Positions 19,065 through 27,970 of a stretch of DNA of 64,000 bases are shown one piece after another (positions within the stretch are counted from its first letter, which is position 1; each line of letters opens with the position of its first letter). The notes beneath the pieces were generated by a model. That model searched no databases, was not told where the DNA came from, and was given only the letters and a program-made list of their open reading frames with translations. The stretch covers positions 1,088,001-1,152,000 of the forward strand of contig OY969622.1 in the NCBI GenBank assembly GCA_963701665.1, written 5' to 3'. Origin of the DNA: Candidatus Babeliales bacterium (GTDB lineage: Bacteria > Babelota > Babeliae > Babelales > JANWKD01). Both the position numbers and the translations under genes were made by a program.

Positions 19065-20375
19065 ATGACTAGTTATCACATGACTAAAGCATTCGCACTC
19101 TGTTTATTTCTATTCCATTCATTGCAAGGCATGGATGGCGAAGGAAAGAAATGTTTTAATGCCTATTTTTTCATTAATACTACAGAAGTAGTCGATGATG
19201 TTCCTCAAAATGATGATCATAATTTTTCTGCAACGGAGGCATTAGCAGAACAGCTTTTCAACAAAAAAACTGATTTTATCTTTTTCCCCTATTCGATGCT
19301 CACCATCATTCATCAACATTTTCAGCAAGCAAAAAAGGTCTTATCAACATACGGAATAACAGATCCACTTGAACAAACCATCATTGAAAATAGGGGGAAG
19401 TATTACCCATCAAAACTCTATTCATTTGAGCCAACAGATCCGCTCTCTATGCAGTCTACTCAGAACGAGTTCGGTATGCGTGAAGTCGTTTATAAAAAAG
19501 CAGCATTAGTGATGCATCCTCAAGCAGTTGAGGATAAATTTTCTAGTACTCTTTCAAAGGATACTTACCGCCATTTTCTGTTAAAAACAATCAACAATAA
19601 AGAATTTTCACTTGATGTTGAAAGGTATTACAAGTTATTTTTAGGGCTTAAGCTCAACTTGTGGAGACTTTTTGATACAGCAATCGGATTATATTGTTTG
19701 ACTTCCTTAGATCAACATAAAGATTGTCCAATATTGTTGAAACATTTTATTGAAATCCCCGATTTAGAACAGGCGGAAACAAAAAAGGATTCAAATGAGT
19801 GGACAGCAAAATTAGATTCATTATTTAACTGTAGCAGTAAAGCCTATTGGTCAATGTATATTCATGGACATGGGCAAGAAGATTTTTCAGAGGAAGCAAC
19901 AATTGCTGGCCTTCCTGGTAAAAAATTAGCAAATGTATTAACGTTTTTTAATGATAATCTTGCAGTACACCATGTTACCTTTTTTTCGTGTTACACTAAT
20001 ACTGAACGCTTACATAATGTTTTAAAAAAATACACGCCATTATCATCATTAAACTATACACTACTGGCACCAAGTTCAAAGAAAGACACTGCCCGAAAAA
20101 TGATACCAGCATTACAACATTATTATCCACGATGGTTTAAGGTTCGTAATCACATAAAATTAATCGATAATTCAACCGTTCTCAAGATTGTTCCTAGTGC
20201 GCTCAAAGAAAATTATGACGATCAAACACTATTAACATTCATCTGTCGATACTCTCGAGATCACGCACATTCATTTCATCCTTTTTCAATTTTGCCGGCT
20301 CATACACAAGAACATTTAACTTTTGATAATAAAAAAGTTTTAGAAAATTACTTAAAAGAGCATCAATCGCAATAA
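19065..20375 (+). CDS. Secreted protein with clan CD (C80/caspase-like) cysteine protease motif
   Basis: Signal peptide; WSMYIHGHG...TIAGLPGKKLA...HVTFFSCY. Confidence 0.55.
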   Translation: MTSYHMTKAFALCLFLFHSLQGMDGEGKKCFNAYFFINTTEVVDDVPQNDDHNFSATEALAEQLFNKKTDFIFFPYSMLTIIHQHFQQAKKVLSTYGITDPLEQTIIENRGKYYPSKLYSFEPTDPLSMQSTQNEFGMREVVYKKAALVMHPQAVEDKFSSTLSKDTYRHFLLKTINNKEFSLDVERYYKLFLGLKLNLWRLFDTAIGLYCLTSLDQHKDCPILLKHFIEIPDLEQAETKKDSNEWTAKLDSLFNCSSKAYWSMYIHGHGQEDFSEEATIAGLPGKKLANVLTFFNDNLAVHHVTFFSCYTNTERLHNVLKKYTPLSSLNYTLLAPSSKKDTARKMIPALQHYYPRWFKVRNHIKLIDNSTVLKIVPSALKENYDDQTLLTFICRYSRDHAHSFHPFSILPAHTQEHLTFDNKKVLENYLKEHQSQ

Positions 20376-20446
20376 AGTTCTTTGTAACAAGTATCCTTTT
20401 TTGGCTATACTTACATACAAAAAAACAATTTTTTGTATGAGAAAGT

Positions 20447-21223
20447 ATGATACGTAAAGCCATAGTATTAGTATTCCTCTTTTTTTCATCATATTCTTTA
20501 GCAAAGACCATTTTTATCATTGTTCCCGGCACCTGGGCGCATGATCATGGCTGGCATTCAGAAGATGGTGATTTTTTTACTGCATTAAAAAATACTGTTG
20601 ATCAAAATACAACGTCTGTCATAACCTATTATTGGTCAGGCAAAAATACACACACAGCACGAGAATATGCTGCACAAGGATTAGTAAATTTAATCTGTAG
20701 TTTTAACGAATATGATACTATATATCTGGTGACGCATAGCCACGGTTCAAATGTTGCCATTTTAGCTTCACAATTATTAGCACATCATCCTAAGAAAAGA
20801 AAAATTGAAACTATATATGCATTCGCAACGCCTGTGGATCCAGAAAGTTATTTTCCCGACATGAGCATAATACATTATTTTTTTAACTTTTTTTCTTATT
20901 CAGATTTTGTTCAAACAGTGCTGTGCACCTTCCAACGTGTTTATCCAAGGCACAAACGCATTGCCAATATTTCCGTAACCATAAATCACCTACAACCAAA
21001 TCATGATACCATTCATGATGCATTGATCGCATCATGGCTATTAAAAATTCCTGCATGTTTTGATACCTTTGATTTTCAACAACCCGGATCGATTGCTTTT
21101 TTTTCAGGCAAACGACCGGAATATTATATAGAACTTGATCGAGAAGAACGCCTTGAACATGATTTTTATTTGACGCAACAGTATTGCTTAGTGCTACAAG
21201 GAAGAAACAATGCTAAAAACTGA
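20447..21223 (+). CDS. Secreted alpha/beta-hydrolase, similar to 3272-4198
   Basis: IVPGTW, YYWSG, THSHGSNV, FATPV. Confidence 0.75.
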   Translation: MIRKAIVLVFLFFSSYSLAKTIFIIVPGTWAHDHGWHSEDGDFFTALKNTVDQNTTSVITYYWSGKNTHTAREYAAQGLVNLICSFNEYDTIYLVTHSHGSNVAILASQLLAHHPKKRKIETIYAFATPVDPESYFPDMSIIHYFFNFFSYSDFVQTVLCTFQRVYPRHKRIANISVTINHLQPNHDTIHDALIASWLLKIPACFDTFDFQQPGSIAFFSGKRPEYYIELDREERLEHDFYLTQQYCLVLQGRNNAKN

Positions 21224-22019
21224 TCACAAAATCGTAGTGAACGCATCATCACGGATTGGTTTTTTTGATTCCGGCATTGGCGGGCTCACCATTCTTAAAC
21301 AATTTTTACCATGTAATGCTGCAAAATATATATACGTTGCTGACACTGCGCATATGCCTTATGGCAGCAGATCGAGACAAGAAATTCAAGCATACAGTGA
21401 AGCAATCGTACGTTTTCTTTTGAATAACGCGTGCGATCAGATCATCATCGCGTGCCATACTGCAACTGCACTCGCTTTTGAACATGTACAGACTGTTTTT
21501 AAAAACGCGCGCATCATAGGCGTTGTCGAGGGTGTTGTGCACGAAGCACTGGCTACTACAAAAACAAAAAGAATCGGCATTATTGCAACCGCAGCCACCA
21601 TAGCGAGTGGCTATCATGAACAACAGTTAAAAAATTATGATCCTGGAGTTCAAGTATTTCCCGTGCCCTGCCCCCTTTTGGCATCAGCCATTGAATTTGG
21701 CACTCATCGAGGCGAAGCGTTGCATACTCTTATAAAAGAATATCTCCAAGCTTTTGAACACACCAATATCGACACGCTTATCTTAGGATCAACGCACTAT
21801 GATATCATCAAAGATACGATACGAAGACTCGTTAGCCCTGCAATTACGATAATTAGCGCGAGCGATGTCATGCAGAAGACATTGAACAATGTTGCACCAA
21901 GTAATGAAATTGTATCGTCATTATCATGGTACGTTACGGGAAATAAGCATCTATTTCTAGCGAGTGCAAAAAAAATTCTTTCGTTGCCCGAACAAAGTCT
22001 CTCATCATTAAATCTGTAA
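21210..22019 (+). CDS. murI: Glutamate racemase (atypical active site)
   Basis: FFDSGIGGLT, PYG, IACHTA, IGIIATAATIASG, LILGSTHY. Confidence 0.88.
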   Translation: MLKTDHKIVVNASSRIGFFDSGIGGLTILKQFLPCNAAKYIYVADTAHMPYGSRSRQEIQAYSEAIVRFLLNNACDQIIIACHTATALAFEHVQTVFKNARIIGVVEGVVHEALATTKTKRIGIIATAATIASGYHEQQLKNYDPGVQVFPVPCPLLASAIEFGTHRGEALHTLIKEYLQAFEHTNIDTLILGSTHYDIIKDTIRRLVSPAITIISASDVMQKTLNNVAPSNEIVSSLSWYVTGNKHLFLASAKKILSLPEQSLSSLNL

Positions 22020-22074
22020 ATAGCCCAAATTCGACATGACTATACCTCAGCAAATGCGTATTGGAACCAAAATT

Positions 22075-22232
22075 GTCATTGCGATCCTACTTCGCTCTAC
22101 GAGCTTCGAAGGAGTTGGCAACCTGTTCTACGAAGTTTTAACGAAGTAGAAACCAGATAATAAAATTAATTCATTAAAAAAGGAATTTATTAAAGTTCTG
22201 GGTCACCACGTCACTACGTTCCTCGTGATGAC
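22075..22232. repeat. Palindromic intergenic repeat, copy C (modules at 22086-22112 and 22122-22151)
   Basis: GTCATTGCGA...CCAGATAATAAAATTAATTC...TTAAAGTTCTGGGTCACCACG...CTCGTGATGAC. Confidence 0.85.
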
Positions 22233-22293
22233 ATTTCGAGATATTTTTATTCAACGATAAGTCGATAATTTTTTTTATTGAATTCGCGTTAAA

Positions 22294-22839
22294 TCACTCA
22301 AGGCGCGGTGGCATCATAACTTCATCAACACTATGAATCATCACATTGCCTGTATCAATATCTGAACGATCTGGAATTATTGATGCATTATCATCGAGTC
22401 GAATCGTACCCGCAGTCGACTTAACAGAAATTGGTGTACCTTCCAACGTGTTAAGTTTATTGCTCGTACTAATGTTTTCGACACTTTCCTTATTAGGAAT
22501 AATATGATGTTCTAACAATTTTTGTAATGATTTTGCATCGTGAATGATACGTTCATAAGCATCTTCACCCACCATACTTCTTAATTCTTCAAAAGCTTTG
22601 TTAGTGGGCGCCATGAGGGTAACCGAACTTGCTTTTTCAAGAATAGGATGCAACCCCGACTTTCTAATGAGTTCAGCTAGCGTGGATAAATCCTTTTGTT
22701 TATCAAGAACTTGAAATACGTCTTTATTATCGATAGGTTCATCAGCATCAGCAAGATCAGTCTGGTATTTAACTAATATATAGAGAAGAGCTGCAAGCAT
22801 GACACAAAAACAAATACCAATTATCGTTATTCGCTTCAT
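22294..22839 (-). CDS. Fasciclin (FAS1) domain protein
   Basis: VTLMAPTNKAF, LLEHHII, NVMIHSVDEVMMP; N-terminal TM; AAGGA RBS favours the start at 22839. Confidence 0.9.
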   Translation of the reverse strand: MKRITIIGICFCVMLAALLYILVKYQTDLADADEPIDNKDVFQVLDKQKDLSTLAELIRKSGLHPILEKASSVTLMAPTNKAFEELRSMVGEDAYERIIHDAKSLQKLLEHHIIPNKESVENISTSNKLNTLEGTPISVKSTAGTIRLDDNASIIPDRSDIDTGNVMIHSVDEVMMPPRLE

Positions 22840-23012
22840 ACGCTTCATTCCTTTTTCAAAAATTTTAACATCAATAATATTAGAATAACAAACAGAAACT
22901 TGCGCAAGCAATAATTATAAATACGCATTAAAAGTGTTGCGCTCCTTGAAATTCTTTTTTTAAAGTATCAATAATCAGTTTTTCTATCTGATCCACAAAA
23001 AAGGGGGATTAC

Positions 23013-24875
23013 ATGAAGCATACTAGTATTTTACTGCCGATCAGTATTTTGAGCTTATTTTTTGCATTTCTTTGTCAGGGACAAGAACCAAAACCCAAAA
23101 CATCATTACGATTCAAAACTGCTTATAGCCTTGCAAAGCAACTCATAGATTTACATGAAGCTGAAAATTATCTAAATGCACCCAAAAAAGAAATCGATAA
23201 ATTACCGCAAGAATTGAAAAAGAAAGTTGAGCAACTACGCCAATTAAAAGAGCAAATTAATACACTGCCAACTGAACTTAAACACTATGTAGCTTTACTT
23301 TATAACGTTAAATTAAACCTTACTAATGCACTTTGGGCAACAATCATCTTCTCAGAGAATTATTCAATTGATATAGCAAAAGATCTTATTGAAGCTAATG
23401 CTCAATCACTTAACGATGTAGCTCCTGGGATGATTAGCCTATTTGATCCGCGAGCACAAGGCCATACTGTGTTGAGTTACACGGTTTCAAAACATTCAAT
23501 CGATCTCGTACAAATTATCTTGGATAATGGCGCTGATATTGAGCGAGAGATTCGTGGCCTATCTCTTCTAGCAATCAGCATTATTCGAAATAATCCGGCA
23601 ATGGTCAAACTTCTACTCAAAAAAGGAGCCTATCCTAATCACTTTATTCATGGCATGACTCCCCTATCACTAGCCGCACTATGCAATTTGTCGAAAGAAT
23701 ACACGGTGAATACAATCGATTATGATACCAATAAACTCTTAACGGCATTCCAATCTCTTGAAGGTTTTATTGATGCGGATGTCTCGTCGAATAAAAAAAC
23801 TATCACACTTTTCTGTAATACGCCTTATCAGATCGAAGACATCAATGAAATAATTGCTCCACTTGGCATAATTTTTGTTAAAGAACGTTTGCTCCCGCGT
23901 GATATTAACATTTTAAAATTACTCCTACACTATAAAGCAGATATTAATCTTATAGATCAAAGAGGATGGACAACGTTGATGTATGTTTGTCCATTTGGCG
24001 TTATTCCCCTCGTTAAATTTCTTGTTAACAACAAAGCAAAAATCAATATTCAAAATAATGAAGGCCAAACGCCTTTGACGCTAGCAGTACAATTTGACAG
24101 GACCGCAACTGTTAGATTTCTCCTTGATCATGGTGCACATATTAATGAACCAGATCCAGATCCTTTATTTTGGGCAGCCAGTTATAATGCCAAAAATACT
24201 GCGACGCTGCTCTTAGAACATGGCGCAGATATAAACCGCAAAAACTCAGGTGGGCTTACGAGCCTCATGCTTGCCGCAGAATACGGTTTCACATCCATTC
24301 TCAGTATACTTATCGCACATAAAGCTTCGCTCAACCTTCAAGATAATCAAGGGCTCAATGCCTTGATGTTGTCTGCAGAGTATGGCCGTATTAACTGTGT
24401 AAATATATTACTTGATGCAGGTGCTGCACTTAATATGCAAGATAGTGAAGGCTCAACTGCACTTATGCGCGCCGCGATCACCCTTATTAATATGCTTGAA
24501 GAAGGCGAAACAAATGAAGAAGTTCTTGTTGCCTCAAGAGATTCATTCCAAGAAATAACAGCCGCCTTACTTGCACGAGGAGCTCAAGTAAATATTCCAG
24601 ATAATGATGGAGCAACGGCACTTACTTTGGCCGTCCAAACTAATACCCCTTCGGTCGTTACTCAATTATTAAATACTGGCGCTCACATAAATCATCAGGA
24701 TCAGAATGGCGCAACCCCATTAATTATAGCTGCAGAACATGGATATCAAGAAGTTGTGCAAATATTACTTGCGGGCGGTGCCGATAAAAATCTTACTGAT
24801 GTTGATGGCAAAACTGCCTTAGATCTAGCAAGCGAAAATGGCCATGAAGGCATTGTAACATTGTTAAGCGAGTAA
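23013..24875 (+). CDS. Secreted ankyrin-repeat protein
   Basis: Many GxTPLxxA..LLxxGA repeats; signal peptide. Confidence 0.93.
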   Translation: MKHTSILLPISILSLFFAFLCQGQEPKPKTSLRFKTAYSLAKQLIDLHEAENYLNAPKKEIDKLPQELKKKVEQLRQLKEQINTLPTELKHYVALLYNVKLNLTNALWATIIFSENYSIDIAKDLIEANAQSLNDVAPGMISLFDPRAQGHTVLSYTVSKHSIDLVQIILDNGADIEREIRGLSLLAISIIRNNPAMVKLLLKKGAYPNHFIHGMTPLSLAALCNLSKEYTVNTIDYDTNKLLTAFQSLEGFIDADVSSNKKTITLFCNTPYQIEDINEIIAPLGIIFVKERLLPRDINILKLLLHYKADINLIDQRGWTTLMYVCPFGVIPLVKFLVNNKAKINIQNNEGQTPLTLAVQFDRTATVRFLLDHGAHINEPDPDPLFWAASYNAKNTATLLLEHGADINRKNSGGLTSLMLAAEYGFTSILSILIAHKASLNLQDNQGLNALMLSAEYGRINCVNILLDAGAALNMQDSEGSTALMRAAITLINMLEEGETNEEVLVASRDSFQEITAALLARGAQVNIPDNDGATALTLAVQTNTPSVVTQLLNTGAHINHQDQNGATPLIIAAEHGYQEVVQILLAGGADKNLTDVDGKTALDLASENGHEGIVTLLSE

Positions 24876-24886
24876 AGGAACGTTAT

Positions 24887-26758
24887 ATGAAGCATAAAAA
24901 TACTAGAATAATGATCATCGCCACCGCTTTTATTTTGTCTTGTTCTGCAATGGAAGAGCAAAAAGTAATTCAATCTAAAAAAGTTCCATCCTTACGATTT
25001 CAAATGGCATATGGCATTGCTAAAAGACTAGTTGAATCAAAAGCATCGACATCGGAAATCAATAAACAACTAGAAAAACTGCCGCCTGAACTTCAGGAAT
25101 ATGTACATATCCTTGGCTACAATCTTTTAAACCTCGTTGATGCGTTCTGGTATGTATTGGCTAAAGCCCCATACAAAATAGATATGATAATTGATCTAAT
25201 ACACGAAAATCCTGCACTTATTAATGCAATATCGCCTAAAGAGCTTAGTAATAAACCTGGGCTTCAACAAATCAGAAATCATACACCTCTCAGTTACAGC
25301 ATAGAAAAAGGATTCTATGACATCGTTGAACTTCTATTAGATAATGGAGCAGATATAAAGATGGAGGCTGGTGGCTTTCCACCATTGGCTGTAGCCATCA
25401 TGAATAATCATTCACGCATCGTTAAATTATTGTTAATAAATGATGCCAATCCTAACTATATCTTCCATGGTATAACACCTTTGACTCTAGCGGCACTTTG
25501 CAGTTTACAAATGGAATATACTTTTGATAGAGCAAATGGCCCTTCCGAACTCTATTTAGCATTAGATTCCAAAAAAATCCTCATCAAATTGGGACAAATC
25601 AATGATACTACAATCGACTTAGTAACAAAGATTCCATATAGCATCGAAGAACTCAATGAATTTATTGCTCCTGCAAAGGTAAAAATTATCAGTGAAAGCA
25701 GAAGCGTTCCTAATCTAGATATTCTGCAATTACTATTTCAATTTGGTGCCGATCCAAATCTCAAAGATGAAGTTGGATGGACGCCACTGCTATACACCTG
25801 TCAATTTTATTCTCTTGAATTAGTTAAATTGTTTGTTGAACATAAAGCTGAAATCAATGTTAGAAATAATACCGGGCAAACACCTCTGATGTTAGCATCA
25901 CAATTTGATCGCACGGCTATAATGGAATATCTCATAACCAATAAAGCCGATGTAAATGCACAAGATGCTCAAGGTGATACAGCTTTAATATGGGCAACTC
26001 GGAGAGAATATAAATCAGCTGTAGATATTCTACTACGCCATAAAGCTAACGCTAATCTTCAAGATACTTCCAGAATGACAGCATTACTGTATGCAACAGC
26101 TGCTGTAGATGACCTTCATGATATTCTTGCTGCACTCATTAATCATGGAGCAAACGTGAACATAGCAACACCGGAAGGATTAACTGCTTTAATGATAGCT
26201 GCCCTTAATGGAAAACTCGATTGCGTAAATCTTCTGTTAAACGCGAATGCTAACATCAATGTACAAGATCCCCAAGGAAAAACGGCATTGGCGTATGCCT
26301 TACAGGTTCCTCTACTGGTGGTCAATCGTGAGATGAGAAAATTAAATCAGCCGGGAATAACCCAACCTGAAGCACTTAAGATATTCAATCAAAAAGCAAT
26401 GGGAGCTTTCAACTCAGCACGTAAAAACGCTGAAGCAATAGCATCTGCCTTGTTGGATAAAGGAGCTAACGTTAACTTACAAGAAAATAGCGGCACAACA
26501 CCACTCATATTAGCCGCACAAGATAATTTGCCCACACTTGTCACTCGATTATTAACAGCAGGAGCAGCTATTAATCATGTAATGCGAAACAATATATCCG
26601 CATTAATTGCAGCGGCATTTTTTGGCAATACTGAAGTCGTAAAAATACTCTTGGCCCATGGCGCTAACAAAGATATTGTTGATCGTGATGGCTACACTGC
26701 ACTCGGTTATGCACAGCGGTATGATTATCAAGAAATCATAAAATTATTAAGCGAATAA
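24887..26758 (+). CDS. Secreted ankyrin-repeat protein, tandem paralog
   Basis: Same architecture as the upstream gene, colinear similarity. Confidence 0.93.
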   Translation: MKHKNTRIMIIATAFILSCSAMEEQKVIQSKKVPSLRFQMAYGIAKRLVESKASTSEINKQLEKLPPELQEYVHILGYNLLNLVDAFWYVLAKAPYKIDMIIDLIHENPALINAISPKELSNKPGLQQIRNHTPLSYSIEKGFYDIVELLLDNGADIKMEAGGFPPLAVAIMNNHSRIVKLLLINDANPNYIFHGITPLTLAALCSLQMEYTFDRANGPSELYLALDSKKILIKLGQINDTTIDLVTKIPYSIEELNEFIAPAKVKIISESRSVPNLDILQLLFQFGADPNLKDEVGWTPLLYTCQFYSLELVKLFVEHKAEINVRNNTGQTPLMLASQFDRTAIMEYLITNKADVNAQDAQGDTALIWATRREYKSAVDILLRHKANANLQDTSRMTALLYATAAVDDLHDILAALINHGANVNIATPEGLTALMIAALNGKLDCVNLLLNANANINVQDPQGKTALAYALQVPLLVVNREMRKLNQPGITQPEALKIFNQKAMGAFNSARKNAEAIASALLDKGANVNLQENSGTTPLILAAQDNLPTLVTRLLTAGAAINHVMRNNISALIAAAFFGNTEVVKILLAHGANKDIVDRDGYTALGYAQRYDYQEIIKLLSE

Positions 26759-26763
26759 AAACA

Positions 26764-27285
26764 TTAATGGGAAATATCGGGTTGAACGGTTTTGCCATAT
26801 TTTTTTAAAGCTTCATCAAGAATGCCATTAACAAACTTGTAAGAATCTTTTTCTGCAAAACCCTTGGCAAGCTCAACGGCTTCATTGATAACAATAGTAG
26901 GACTGGTATCTGATGATTGCAGTTCCCAGAGCGCATAGCGCAGAATAAGTTTTGTACACATACCAAGACGCTCAAAACGCCAGTTGCTCAACAAAGGTTT
27001 GCATTCTTGATCTAAGAGTTCACGCGCATCAATAATCGCACGCGCTGTGTGTACAACATCACTATCAAGAGGAATATCAAGGCCAAACCCTCGATTAAAA
27101 TTGTCAACGATCGATTCAAGAGAAGCTTGATATTCAAAGGCTTCGGCAGCATAGAGAAGATGAAAGATTAATGATCTTTTTTCTCGTTTTGAAAGGTCCG
27201 CAAATAAGCGATCTGATAACGATGTATTCACGGTAGACTCTTCGTTAAGGGTGGCTTGAACAGATGAAGATGAAAAAGATTCCAT
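26764..27285 (-). CDS. nusB: Transcription antitermination factor NusB
   Basis: NWRFERL, ILRYALWEL, INEAVELAK, FVNGILD; ATG at 27285 avoids overlap with efp. Confidence 0.92.
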   Translation of the reverse strand: MESFSSSSVQATLNEESTVNTSLSDRLFADLSKREKRSLIFHLLYAAEAFEYQASLESIVDNFNRGFGLDIPLDSDVVHTARAIIDARELLDQECKPLLSNWRFERLGMCTKLILRYALWELQSSDTSPTIVINEAVELAKGFAEKDSYKFVNGILDEALKKYGKTVQPDISH

Positions 27286-27295
27286 GGCTATAATC

Positions 27296-27862
27296 CTATT
27301 TTTTAACACGTTCAATGTAACTTGCATCACGTGTGTCAACTTTGACTATATCACCTTCATTGACAAACAAAGGAATTTGCAACACGAGACCAGTCTCAAG
27401 GGTGGCTGGTTTTGTTGCACCGCCTTGCGCTGTATCCCCACGAATACCCGGGGTTGTTTCAACCACCTTTAACTCCATAAATAAGGGCGGATTAACGGCA
27501 ATAGGTTTACCATTGAAATTAAGTACGTTGTATACTTCTTGTTCTTTTAGATAATTTTCGACATCTGAGAGTTGCTCTTTATTGAAGGAAACTTGTTCAT
27601 AGCTCTCTTGATCAAGAAAATGATACAAATCACCATCATTATAAAGATATTGCATATCATGATATTCTAAATCAGGCTCTTCAAATTTTTCGCCAGATCT
27701 AAATGTTTCGTCATGGACAAGGCTGGTCAACATGTTTTTCATTTTGGTGCGGATAAAAGCGCCACCTTTACCAGGTTTAACCCAATGGAAATCAATCACC
27801 ATATAGGGCTCCCCTCGGAACAATATTTTAGATCCTTTTCTAAAATCAGAAGTTGAAATCAC
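27296..27862 (-). CDS. efp: Elongation factor P
   Basis: VKPGKGGAF, PGIRGDTA, KPATLETG. Confidence 0.97.
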   Translation of the reverse strand: MISTSDFRKGSKILFRGEPYMVIDFHWVKPGKGGAFIRTKMKNMLTSLVHDETFRSGEKFEEPDLEYHDMQYLYNDGDLYHFLDQESYEQVSFNKEQLSDVENYLKEQEVYNVLNFNGKPIAVNPPLFMELKVVETTPGIRGDTAQGGATKPATLETGLVLQIPLFVNEGDIVKVDTRDASYIERVKK

Positions 27863-27900
27863 AAGTACCGCCTTTCAAACCAAAACACGTATTGTCAATA

Positions 27901-27925
27901 AGAGGTTGCTTTTGAGGCAACCTCT
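27901..27925 (-). promoter_or_regulatory. Hairpin in the efp leader just downstream of a putative promoter
   Basis: AGAGGTTGC-N7-GCAACCTCT; minus-strand TTGCTT..TATACT immediately upstream. Confidence 0.45.
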
Positions 27926-27970
27926 ACCTTTTTAGTATAAAAAAAAGAATGCAAAAAGCAATGTAGCCCT

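Noticed and set aside
27286..27339. Longer nusB start overlapping efp
   Set aside because: ATG 27285 with an upstream AGGA is more plausible
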